Shown: positions 16,001 to 26,871 of the stretch, piece by piece
How the letters are laid out: every line of letters begins with the position of its first letter
How positions within the stretch are numbered: the first letter of the stretch is position 1
Assembly: GCF_026571515.1 (NCBI RefSeq)
Contig: NW_026862116.1
Coordinates: 124,001-188,000 of the forward strand
Source of the DNA: Ruditapes philippinarum
Taxonomy: Eukaryota
Direction: 5' to 3'
DNA length: 64,000 bases
Program-made: the position numbers and the translations under genes
The notes under the pieces: generated by a model
What the model was told of the DNA's origin: nothing
Database searches by the model: none
The model's input: only the letters and a program-made list of their open reading frames with translations

Positions 16001-17924
16001 ACAGAAAAATTGTATAATATATGATGATGTATTGACGCACATTTTATTTCAGAAATTTCTGTTGTTTTTTTTTAGTTTGAATTTACCACTTAACACGAAG
16101 ACTAATTATGAAAAACAAGATTACCAATCAAAAGAGTGCAACACTGAGACTTTGATTTAACACAAACAAGTTGGTTGCATTGAGATATCAGTAAGGATTC
16201 GCGTTAAATTTGTATATTATTTGCTTAAATGCAGGCTATGTGTTTTTGTGTGTTAAAAAACTATGATCAGTTTATAAGCATGATTCTTTATGCATTCATT
16301 TAGGGAGGTCACGCACATATATATGCATATGATTTTAGACAGCTCGTTGTGGTAACTGTATGAAATAAACAAGTAACACACGAGATATTTGTTATAGAAC
16401 TGCAAAATAACTAATGAAGAAAGTCGAAAAAAAATATAAGAGTGCTAAGTAAGAAAATAAGGAAACAATTAAAGGTTAATGTTTATACGTTGGTGCCAAG
16501 ATAACACATCAATTATTAACTGCAGAGCATGCGGGTCCCTAATGGAGATTGAATCGCTAACGTTATAGTTACAAGATTTAGTAAAATGAGTATCAACCAA
16601 TCGTAATTCGACAGATTTTATATCTCTTTTCGGTTACTAACCAACTATGTTCAACATAATCACTAAATTGATATACATACATGTAATTGACAAACTTTCC
16701 TGACCTTCGCAGGCGTTAAAAACTATATTTCTACTAAGAGAAATATTCTTAAAACAATATAAAAGTACAAAATCTATTTCAGAAAACAAAACATAGAAAC
16801 CTTTGTATTTCGGCCAAGGACGCCCCAAAATCGTGCATTATAAAGAAACAAAATTAATATACTTGAACTATCTAGAAAGGAAAAAACATAAGAGATTCCT
16901 TTGAAATGGCGCTCTCAGAAAAAATTTAATCATAAATGTCGGAGGATATCAAACTATTTCACTAATTTAGTAGAAAAAGAAACCAATTTCCGGGAGTTGT
17001 CATATAAATAACATAGTGATATTTTGTTTTCCAATAATACCAAACGAGTGTTTACCTCTGCTTGTTTTTATTATTCTTTAGAGTATATCGTAACATTTGT
17101 CGGATCACATTGTATTTTGAGCTGTCTATCTTTAGCGCGTTTGGTAAATTTTTTTTATCTTCCATAACCACATTCGTGTCCCGTTCGAATTTGATAATTT
17201 GTATCAATTCAAAATTGCACATTTTTTACACTCAAATCCACGCACCAGACATGCGTATAACCTTTTTCAAAGAATACACATATTGTTTGAGTAATTGAAC
17301 AGACTACAGTTTTGGATTATTTGAAAGAAAATACTTCCAAGCCCGTTCGCAGTAAATTCATTCATCATACACGAATATTTATCTGTATCATACTTAATCT
17401 GTATCTTGAAATGACTCTAAAAGTAATCGGATGAGACATTCATCATATGCCGACCTTGAAAATAAGCCGTCTTCTATAAAAATACCAATGGTAGAAAAAA
17501 TGAGCCGCGCCTTATTATCAATTTTGAGGGTATTTGGAAACATTTAATTACATTTCCGTTTTATTAATTGAAAGCATAAAAGGAAACATATTCTCTGTGG
17601 GTCAAGAAATTATTTATAAATATCTAGTGCGTGTATATTTAACTAATCACAACACAGAAGAAAGTGTTTATCAGATTCAACAAGTCTTTATGCTAATAAT
17701 TTACATAACTTGTTTACCCGTGTTGCGCCATTCTATCTACCGGTCTCAATTTCTAACGTTTGTGATCCTAAAGCGCATTACGTAATTTACCGTTTGAGAT
17801 AATATGTAAATGAATTTCATAACATAAAGACATCTTACATTTTTGTGTTTTGATTCATTTCCGACATGCTATTTATTGTTTCTAGTGTGTTTAAGCAACA
17901 GTTCAGGGCTTTTTCATTCAAATC

Positions 17925-18300
17925 TCTGAATACTACTTAGTTCTTCATATACAGCCAAATTTTGTGTTTGCTTCCGCACTCCCAGAATAAACTTGCAAAT
18001 CTGATATCCAGCCTGTCGACTTTTTTATTTAATAAGCACCCCATACTCCAGAGCCATATATTAATACTGGAGCAACAGCAAACAAATACATTCAATTAAG
18101 TGTTGATATCTTAATTGATTCTGTCAAATAACGATGGTAATGATGAGCCCTTAACGCTTGGTCAGACAAAGCTTTTACTGCAGCTGAAAAAATACCAGTA
18201 TATGTAAATCTAACACCTAGATAAGTAAATTTGACTGCCCGATCAATTTTAATTTTATTTGCAATAAACATGCAATTAATTTTACTGTTTACGGTTGGCA
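17925..18300 (-). mobile_element. Decayed L2/CR1-group LINE, RT C-terminal fragment
   Basis: Minus-strand pieces KFTYLGVRFTYTGIFSAAVKALSDQALRA, VAPVLIYGSGVWG and CKFILGVRKQTQNLAVYEELS match the usual FxYLG / PxLxYGxEVWG / FCKxxLGV..xxYGELG succession; frameshifted. Confidence 0.8.
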
Positions 18301-18904
18301 AAATATCTAAACGTTCACAAGCCTGACGTCAGAGCAGAGTAAACTTAAAATTAAAAGTCGTGTTTAAATTTTCTACTTCGCGAAATATGTAATTCAAAAC
18401 AAACGACAGAAAAAAAATACCATAGAAAACATGCCTCATTTAATGTCTTATTTGTTGTATGATTTTGAAAATACTGACTGCAAATGCCTAAATGGTATGT
18501 AATGATTGATAAACTGTTAAAGTTTTTGTTATAACATACAGTAAATTTAGTAAATTGAGTTACAAATGCTTATAAATACTATCAATACATTTAAAAGTGC
18601 AATATCTATATTATCCCGTTTGTAAGGAAATTTGTGATAGAGTTTAGATTAGTTTACATGACTGATGTAAGCTTTACAGCTTTAAATGCAATTGATGAAC
18701 AAAGCAAACAGGAATCAACAATGACAATATAGTTGTGATAACTGAAGGTCCGTTGTATAAACTGTACGTTCGTTATAAAAATGAACAGTAGTGCAATATT
18801 CATATATTCCTTTACTATTTTCATGGCTGAACTTATTTGATCTTTTTCTCAGGGATTGAAATTTGCAAATATTATTACAGTATTCTGGTAATTGAATGTA
18901 GTTT

Positions 18905-18974
18905 TTGCTGGGTCGGGTGGGGGCTGCGTTCATTGAACGCCGCCTTTCCTTGTCGATCTTGTTTATCATATTTT
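18905..18974 (+). mobile_element. 3' tip of the Penelope-like pseudo-LTR (module A), 5'-truncated
   Basis: GGGTCGGGTGGGGGCTGCGTTCATTGAACGCCGCCTTTCCTTGTCGATCTTGTTTATCATATTTT, near-identical to the reverse complement of 26136-26205. Confidence 0.85.
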
Positions 18975-20157
18975 GTAATTGATTTTACCTTTTGTCACTG
19001 ATTGTGCAATGAATATCATCTGCACGATTTGTCACAGTGGTATTTTAAATGTACGAACAACAACATGTCAAATTAAATATATTCCACGCATCACAGATCC
19101 AGATTACATTTGTTTTATTTTGAAGAAAAAAATAAAAAAAAACGAAACTTTTTATTATTGTTCTATCTTCAACGAAAAAGCTGTGTTTACATGTTGAAAC
19201 AAGGATATCTATCTGATTATATTTGTAAAGCAGACTATGACATTTCTAAGAACACTATGAATTGTAAAAATTTACATATGCTATACCAACATCACAATAC
19301 ATTTTCAAAACCAACAAGCAAATGCTGGGAATACTACCCATAAACAGGCCAAATCAAATCTAGTCTGCAACAATTTCAAATTTACTGTTTAAGGCCTTCT
19401 TCGTGTTTTATTCTATTTTTTATCATTTTTTACGTTTCTGCTGCAAGTTAAGTTTGAAAAGGGGCATTACCCCTGATTCTAGATGTAGTAACGGTATACT
19501 GATCTTAATAAAAAACAACATAACATTGTTTATAGTACAAAAAAACAGGAACATAAGAGGGAGATCAAAAGGTTTATTTTGATCATGCAATTAAAAAATA
19601 ACAGACTCATTGAAGGGGAATTGATTGATAATGTAATGTCTGTTATGGGTAATTCTAAGATAAGCGTATATTTAGTGTCCCTCAGCTATTTTAACCTGAA
19701 TTCATTTCTTTTAAAGCATTTCAACGTCTTCTTGTATCATTAATAAAAATCAATAACCAGACATATAAATTTCATATAAAAATATGTTTTTTCTAAACAT
19801 GTTTTGTTGCCATGGATACTGAAAATATGATAAGCAATTGAAATATTGTATGTCCCTATCCCACTTTGCTTAATTTTTTGCATTAAATTGATTTTAAAAG
19901 ACAAAGTGTCTCTTTCTTTGATAAAAATCGTTAATAGTATCACATAAAAGAATTCCTTTTAAAGTTATTCTGGCCTAAATTTTGTTTATATTATATAAAT
20001 TATAGTCACGAAAATAATGTCCCCATGAATCGTGTTCACTACCGTAACAAAAACATCTTGGATCCGTATAGTACCCAAAAAATAAACTTTGTCGATATAT
20101 TATTTGTTTGCGTCATAATTTTGAAGTCACCAAATAAGCATTTTGCGTTACACTGTC

Positions 20158-23129
20158 ATGGAGGACCAGCTCAATGTTAAAGATAAATGTAAAGGTGAGT
20201 ATTGTTTGCGTATGCTTATTGTTTTCCTTACCGTTTATGCTCTAGAAAAGTAAAAATATTGTTATTTTGTACTTTGACATGTTTATATAGTTGTACCGCC
20301 TTGAATGCATAGAGCTTGAAACGATTTAATTCGATTATATATCCAATATGGCGACATTTACCATTTCAATTTACAACCGTTACAGGTCGTTACCGTTATG
20401 CTGAAAATATAACGGTAGTGAACCAACTGTAACGGTAGTGAACTTAAAACAATTCTAATTATTTTATATCATATTGTATTGAAAGTAATGCATTTTCACA
20501 GATACAAATACGACTTAATAAGAAATAATAATACGATGTTTTCGTTTTCAAGTCTGAAATATGGAATATCTTTTCACGAAACATTATAAAATTCCACATA
20601 TTTTCACGAACCGGAACGGCGAATGAAATATAGCTCTTTTGAATTTTATCATATTATTAGTTAAGTGAAAATATATAGATCTACCATATTTCACAAAAAA
20701 TAAAAAAAAATAACATTTTAATTTAATTTTACCTTCGAGAAAAAAAAAATAAGAAAAAAAAACCCTTTCATTTGTAAGGCAGTTGCAATTGTACAGCAAG
20801 CAGTTATACATTGATTGTTTAAAGGTGCGGGATGCAGTTCAATACACAATTCATCACAGCCATATTAAACTGTCTTGAGAAAACATAAACAGCTATTTGC
20901 TGATAATGAAATGAGTAGATCTAGCTGAAGCTACAGACTGCCACAGAAAATCCTCCGAGAAAGTAGTCCCAAAAATATGTATGATTTTTGTCTCTGCCTA
21001 CTTTCATATTTACTTTTCAAAAACTCTGCCTACTTTCATTTTTACTTTTCAAAAACTCTGCCTATTTTCATATATACTTTTCATACAAATTTGATTTTTA
21101 ACAAATTTGATATATATTTGACTGATATAGAATAATATTTCATGGGTAAATTTAAATAATTATATTAACGTTAAAATAATAAACAATAAAAAATATATAT
21201 TCTAATGACATAATAGTTTTATAAATATATTTTAGTAAAATTATGTGTTAGAATTTCAAACAAGTAAGTATAAAATGACAAACAAATTAATTAACTGGTG
21301 GACCGTAAACTTTTCAGACATGTAAAAAGGTGATCATTTTTTTTACCTCTTGTCTAAAAATAGATTTAAAGTTAGTGATTCTATAGTTGCCGGCATATTA
21401 TTATCATAAAAATAAGCATATTTACCTTTCAGAGGCTCTAAATCTTTGGCGTCTGATTTTAAAGATTAATATTGAATACATCATGTGGTAAGTTTCAACG
21501 AAGCATATGTTACAACAAAAAACCTGTAATTGTCTTAGGTAATAATTCATCAATTGAACTATTGAACACATGCTGTTGTTTTTAATTTCCAGAAACACTT
21601 TCTGAATTGATACTTATGACAGATGCTACAGAGAAAAAATTAGAATTATTAGATGGGATTTTAAAAATATTTGAATTATATTCCAACAGGAGAAGACCAA
21701 GACCTGTGGTTCAATGAAAAAGTCAAAATAGAAACCAAAGCTCCAGAATCTCTTTCAACCAAACCCAGGACGACCGAACCCAGGATATCTGAAACCATAA
21801 TGTCCGAACCCAGGACAACTGAACTCGAGACATCTTCAAGCTACACAAGGTAAAGCTTTCCAGCAGTTCATTTATTTAAAATTTGAATAAATTCTTTTCA
21901 GTTCATGCGAAAAGAACAACACAGTATGAATAGGAAATAAGAGAAATTGCCCTAATAATTCATGCTTAATTTGCAGATCATTATACATTATGTTATTTAT
22001 TTTGCATTTTTAGCAGGACTGAACCAGAACAAAAGACATCTAAACCCAGGACGATTGAACTCGAACTCAGAATGGCCGAACCAGGTACAAATGAAGCCAG
22101 GATGTCCGAACCCAGGACAACTGAACTCAATCAATCTTCTAGAAATGCCATCAGTTCATTTATATAAGGTTTGAATCAATTAATTTCCTAGTTCTTGCTA
22201 AAAGAACGAAAGAGTATTATTAGCAAATCGGAAAAATTGCCCTTATGATTCATGGTTAATTTACTGATCATTATATATTCTGTTATTCATTTTGCATTTA
22301 TTCAAATAAAAATTCTTATTGAATTTTAAATAATATTTCTTTTCCAATCGTGAACAGTTTGTTTTAATGGATTGCGAAAATTCTGTTTTACAAAAAATAG
22401 TTTCCTAGTGGGTCATAATTTCTGTATTTTGTAAATTTTTTATTGAAAGGATTCTTGTACAAAACAATAACTGTGAACAAACTGAAAAAAAAGAAGAACT
22501 TAATTTTTTTTCTTAAGAATTGTTTTTACAATTTATTGGTTGCTTTTAGAGACTATAAAAAGTCAAGCCCCTCCCGCCACCCTCCTCAAAATTTACATGA
22601 TTATTACACTTACATGATCACATTACAAGGCCATAACAAATACTTGGTTGTATTTGACTGTATTTTTTTCAGTAACAAAAATGAAATTTCTGAAATGGAG
22701 GATGACATTGCCTACTTGAAAACAAAAGTTAGAAGACTAAAGCGTAAAATGAACAAATTAGATACTGTAGGGGTAGAGTGGGATTGGGACCACAGTAAAA
22801 TTCAGAAAACCATGACAAAGAAAATGAAAAGAAAAATGAAAAAGAGACTGATAAAATATTGGATTTTGAATCCCTTGTAATGGGAAATAAATGTCTGAGT
22901 CAGAGCATCGCAGTTTTTGCAATGAACTTATTTTATTGCAAGAGTTAAAACAAACTGTTTTATAACCGGTAAAACGTCTCCAAAAAGTGTCGGCAGCGAC
23001 AGGCCGGCTCTGGACCAGGAGAAAGTTACTCAAATGTTTAATTTTATTTTGAAAAAAAATCCAGGAACAGAGTTAAAGATCATAGTTGAAAAAGGACAAA
23101 ATATGCAAAAAGTTTTACGCAGACATTGA
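20158..23129 (+). pseudogene. Multi-exon coiled-coil + BEN-domain gene, frameshifted (probably transposon-borne)
   Basis: Exon 1 ATG 20158-20194 (MEDQLNVKDKCK) ending at GTGAGT. AG/GT-bounded exons at 21433-21487 and 21593-21849 (EPRT repeats), plus a duplicated exon at ~22014-22140. Last exon from 22673 encodes a coiled coil (NEISEMEDDIAYLKTKVRRLKRKM) then, across frameshifts, AVFAMNLF/LQELK/NCFITGKTSPKSVGSDRPALDQEKVTQMFNFILKKNPGTELKIIVEKGQNMQKVLRRH*, which fits the BEN pattern LF..EEL...S.TG......RPALD..KV. Confidence 0.75.
20993..21082. repeat. 32-bp minisatellite, about 3 copies
   Basis: CTCTGCCTACTTTCATATTTACTTTTCAAAAA repeated in tandem. Confidence 0.9.
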
Positions 23130-24147
23130 AACTTCAAGAGCGAGTAAATAATGATTAGTCATATGTTGAATTCATTACATAATATACAGTGGTTTTTATG
23201 CTCCCACCATAAAATTATGGAGCAGAACTTGTGTATTTATTCATTGTTTATCTTTCAATTTATCTAATTTATATACGTATTCATTAAATTCTTATCTATA
23301 ATCATATAAATTTTAATTGATTTAAACAAGTTAAATTGCTACTTTTTAATTGACAGTTAAACATTTGTTTTTTGATAATGCAGAATGAAGGATCAATTGT
23401 TTCTACTTCTTATTTAAACTACGTGATTAGATATTATGTTGCATACTTCTTCCTTTTCAATTTGAATTATTTAGATTTAACTTATGATCTGGAATGTACT
23501 TTTTTTAAGAATACAAAGTGGGTTACTGAACACTGAAATAAAATCTATACAAATGCACCTAGACGAATACGAACTGCAATAACACGAATACGAAATTACA
23601 TTTCATTTTTTTTTTACATCTGGCCGGGAACCAATATTTCCGTACAAGTCCGTAATTTCTGACGGTAACCGTTGAAATATTCTCTTCAAAAAAATCCACG
23701 AAATACAGGGTAGCACTCCACAGTTAATTTCAAGTTCCTGCCGTCAATATCCTACAAGCAATACGTCTAATAATTCTGATACCAAACTACACAACCTGGA
23801 AAGAGAAAACACATTTTGTTGGGAACATATATGACAAGATTGCAAATCTACAAAAAAACATCCCATCTGCAATAGGCAGGCACTCAAAAAAGTTGCAATT
23901 CATTCCGTTGAAGCCAAAAAGAGACCCAAAACAACACATTTCGTCCCTCTGACAAAAGATACCTGCAAATATACAGGTTAAAGGAACACCGTCTCTGCTT
24001 TAGCAACTCCCTATACATGCAAAATATCACAAAGAAACTGGTGCTCAACCTTGTAGATTTTTTGCTACAGCTAAAAGTTTGTACTCCCCTGTACAATGAC
24101 TTGTTTTTACCGTGCATGCTGTTAAAAAGCAATGTTTACAAAAAACG

Positions 24148-24843
24148 CGAGCCTGCAACATTTTCAATTTTGTCGTGTTGGGCTTTCTTTAGGGATTCTG
24201 TATTTATCTATTTTATGATCACATCCGTGTTATATGTGCCGTGTGGCGGCTGTAAAAAGTCTCCCCGTACATTTAATCAATGATGTTATATTTTCGATCC
24301 TTGAAGATCGTTCAGCACGATATTATTGTTGTGCTTGTAGTATTTTTAGTTTCAACTTTTCGGCATTTTCTAGTTGGGTGGTTCCAATATTCCTACTTGA
24401 ATAATGTTGAATCACCCTTAGGATATGTTGCCTGCTTTTTAAATTTGTCTTTTGACCTCTTATCTGTGATACGCAGGCTTTATAACCTCTGATCCCCTTT
24501 CAAAATTCTATTTTATTTAGTTCCGCCCATTGTTTTCTCGTTTAGGGCACACGCTTTTTATCACTTGGGGACCATACGCCGCTTTTCATGGAATGGCACG
24601 GAAGTGTCACATTGAAGGTTCCATGATAACCGCCGTATGAACACATCTGCGGATGTTTCTAAATTCAAAATTTTACCAGTTCATGTTAAATGTTGAATTC
24701 TGCTTCAGCCGGTGCTAGGGGGCGTGGACGGTAACTTGCACTTTCCAATACCGTCCATGAACAGGCTCAATCAAACCGAGTCTGCAACATTTTCAATTTT
24801 GCCGTGTTGGGCTTTCTTTAGGGATTCTGTATTTATCTATTTT
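24148..24843 (+). repeat. Structured non-coding unit B: one 629-bp monomer plus 67-bp terminal redundancy
   Basis: 24148-24214 repeats at 24777-24843; several hairpins; homologous pieces at 12961, 25556-25668, 26243-26772 and 27396-27878. Confidence 0.85.
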
Positions 24844-24849
24844 AACTAC

Positions 24850-25202
24850 CACTGACCGTTCCAAAGCGGTACCCCTTTGTGTTCCTTCACTTGTTTTTCT
24901 TGTCTGCATTGTTACTTGTTTTTGGATGTTTACATGTTTTGTGATGTCTGTCTTGTTGGATTTTCGTTGACGGTAGGTATTTTCACTTCCCCTCCCCTCC
25001 ACCTTTTCACCCGTACAGCCCTTATCCCCTTATGGACCCGTTTTTGTTTATATTATTTCACATTACGTGTCCCACTCCTTTCGCCCTTGTGTCCACTCCG
25101 GGTTTGTGTTTGGTGCCTTCTGGGTGCTCTACTTGGGTCCGTCCGGGGGCAGCGTCCTGTGAACGTTGCATTTGCCTTGTTGATCTTTATTCTTGTTATT
25201 TG
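24850..25202 (+). mobile_element. Penelope-like pseudo-LTR, diverged subfamily (A'), starting inside the twister motif
   Basis: Shares ACTGACCGTTCCAA(A/G)GCGG, CGGTA(A/G)GTAT and the 3' ...GAACG..GC.TTT.CCTTGT.GATCTT end with module A. Confidence 0.75.
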
Positions 25203-25668
25203 ATGAAAAAAAAATCTATGCAAAATAGTGATTTTTCGCAATTTTGAGACGTCCCCCGTTGCCATTGTAACAGATTTGCAGGGTAACTTCAAATTTTGAG
25301 TTATGAAAAAAAAAAGAAATTTTCAGTTTCAGCCCATTATCTCCCCAACTGTTGTACATAATTTGATATATGGATATAAAAAAGGAATGATCAGGTCTGA
25401 TTCGTTCAATTTTGTGATGGTTCAATAATGTTTATCAGAGCTATGCCCCTTTAACGTAAAGACTTTCCGTATCTATTGGTTTTCTCCCCGACAGTTGTAC
25501 ATATTTAACTCAAATATGATAAATGGATATGTCATACGTATATGCAGGTCAAAATAATATAGAGTAGAGAAATACAGAATCCCTAAAGAAAGCCCAACAC
25601 GGCAAAATTGTAAAATGTTGCAGGCTCGGTTTGATTGAGCCTGTTCATAGACGGTACTGGAAAGTGCA

Positions 25669-26138
25669 AAAAATATGATAAACAAGATCCTTCAATGAAC
25701 GCAGCTCCCACCCGACCCAGCAACAAGAGCCAGTGGCAAGGAGCCCAGAAGGACCCCAAACAAAAACAGGAAAGGGCACAAGGCAAACAACGGGCAGGCT
25801 AACCACTACCTAAGAATAAAAAATAATAAGAAACTGATAAGGAAATAAAAGAAAACAAATAAATGATTGAACACCAGACCCATAAAGTCAAAAGGCACAG
25901 GGGAAGGGGACACGAGACCCGGGGAGGGGGGAGGGGATAAATAGAATATAATAAAAACTAGGGGCAAAGGGCAAGATACTTACCGTAGACGAGAAAACAA
26001 CAACAGACACAAAAGTGTCACCGAAACAGTATGAAACAACATAGACAAACATCTGAGGAACACAGAGGGGCGCCGCCTTGGAACGGTCAGCAGCATAAAT
26101 ACTATTGGGGAGTTTAAACCGGTTATTGGTGCACCAAA
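25669..26138 (-). mobile_element. Penelope-like pseudo-LTR (module A)
   Basis: Runs from the 3' half of the twister motif to the common 3' end GATCTTGTTTATCATATTT; a tandem partial copy lies at 26139-26243. Confidence 0.8.
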
Positions 26139-26793
26139 TATGATAAACAAGATCATCAAGGAAAGGCGGCGTTCAATGAACGCAGCCCCCACCCGACCCA
26201 GTAACAAGAGCCAGTGGCAAGGAGCTCAGGAGGACTCCAAAAAATAGATAAATACAGAATCCCTAAAGAAAGCCCAACACGGCAAAATTGAAAATGTTGC
26301 AGTGTCGGTCTTATTGAGCCTGTTCATGGACGGTACTGAAAAGTGCAAGTTACGTCCAAGCCTCCCTCCCCAACCCCGGCTTAAGCAGAATTCAAGATTT
26401 AAATATGAAAAGGTAAAATTTGGAATTTTGAAACATCCGCAGATGTGTTTATATAGCGATTATCATGGAACCTTCAATGTGACACGGTAGTGCCATTCCA
26501 TAAAAAGCGGCATATGGTCCCCAAGTAAAAAAAAGCGTGTGCCCTAAACGAGAAAACAATGGGCGGAACTAAATAAAATGGAATTTTGAAAGGGGATCTG
26601 AGGTTATGAAGCCTGCGTATCACAGATAGGACGTCAAAAGACAAATTTAAAAAGCAGGCAACATATCCTAAGGGTGATTCAACATTATTCAAGTAGGAAT
26701 ATTGGAACCACCCAACTAGAAAGTGCCAAAAAGTTGAAACTAAAAATACCACAAGCACAACAATAATGTCATCCAAACCTCACTCTTAGCCCC
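26067..26793 (-). ncRNA. Putative type-P5 twister ribozyme, split in two (5' half 26793-26773, 3' half 26138-26067)
   Basis: Joined halves read GGGGC UAA GAGU GAGG UUUGG ugcaccaauaa CCGG UU UAA ACUC CC C-AAUAGUA uuua UGCUGCU-G A CCG UUCCAAGG CGG C GCCCC. Stems P1-P5 and both pseudoknots can be paired by hand. Confidence 0.7.
26243..26772 (-). repeat. Unit B copy, inverted relative to 24320-24843
   Basis: High-identity reverse complement; the supplied ORFs 24280-24492 and 26474-26776 show the same spurious translation. Confidence 0.9.
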
Positions 26794-26816
26794 ACCATGT
26801 TCCTATAAACGAGACA

Positions 26817-26871
26817 GTGTAAATAAAATGAATCCCCGCCAAGTGAAATTCTAACAGTTGTCATCGTTACA
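26817..26871 (-). promoter_or_regulatory. Degenerate SECIS-like hairpin in the PLE 3'UTR
   Basis: AUGA-CAACUGUUAG-AA-UUUCAC-UUGGCGG-GGAU with lower UGUAA/UUACA pairing; the upper helix is short and GU-rich. Confidence 0.3.

Noticed and set aside
24290-24320. Hammerhead-like CTGAACGATC...GATCGAAA on the minus strand of unit B
   Set aside because: Core is not CUGANGA, it lies on the strand disfavoured by G-U pairs, and it is not conserved in the short B variant.
24572-24640. Compensatory change CATACG/CGTATG to CATATG/CATATG as proof of structure
   Set aside because: Equally explained by CpG deamination on both strands, so not counted as covariation.
24280-26776. Duplicated hydrophobic ORFs (DIIVVLVVFLVSTF...) as a small membrane protein pair
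   Set aside because: They are translations of the T-rich repeat B, with different starts/stops and no canonical ATG context in one copy.
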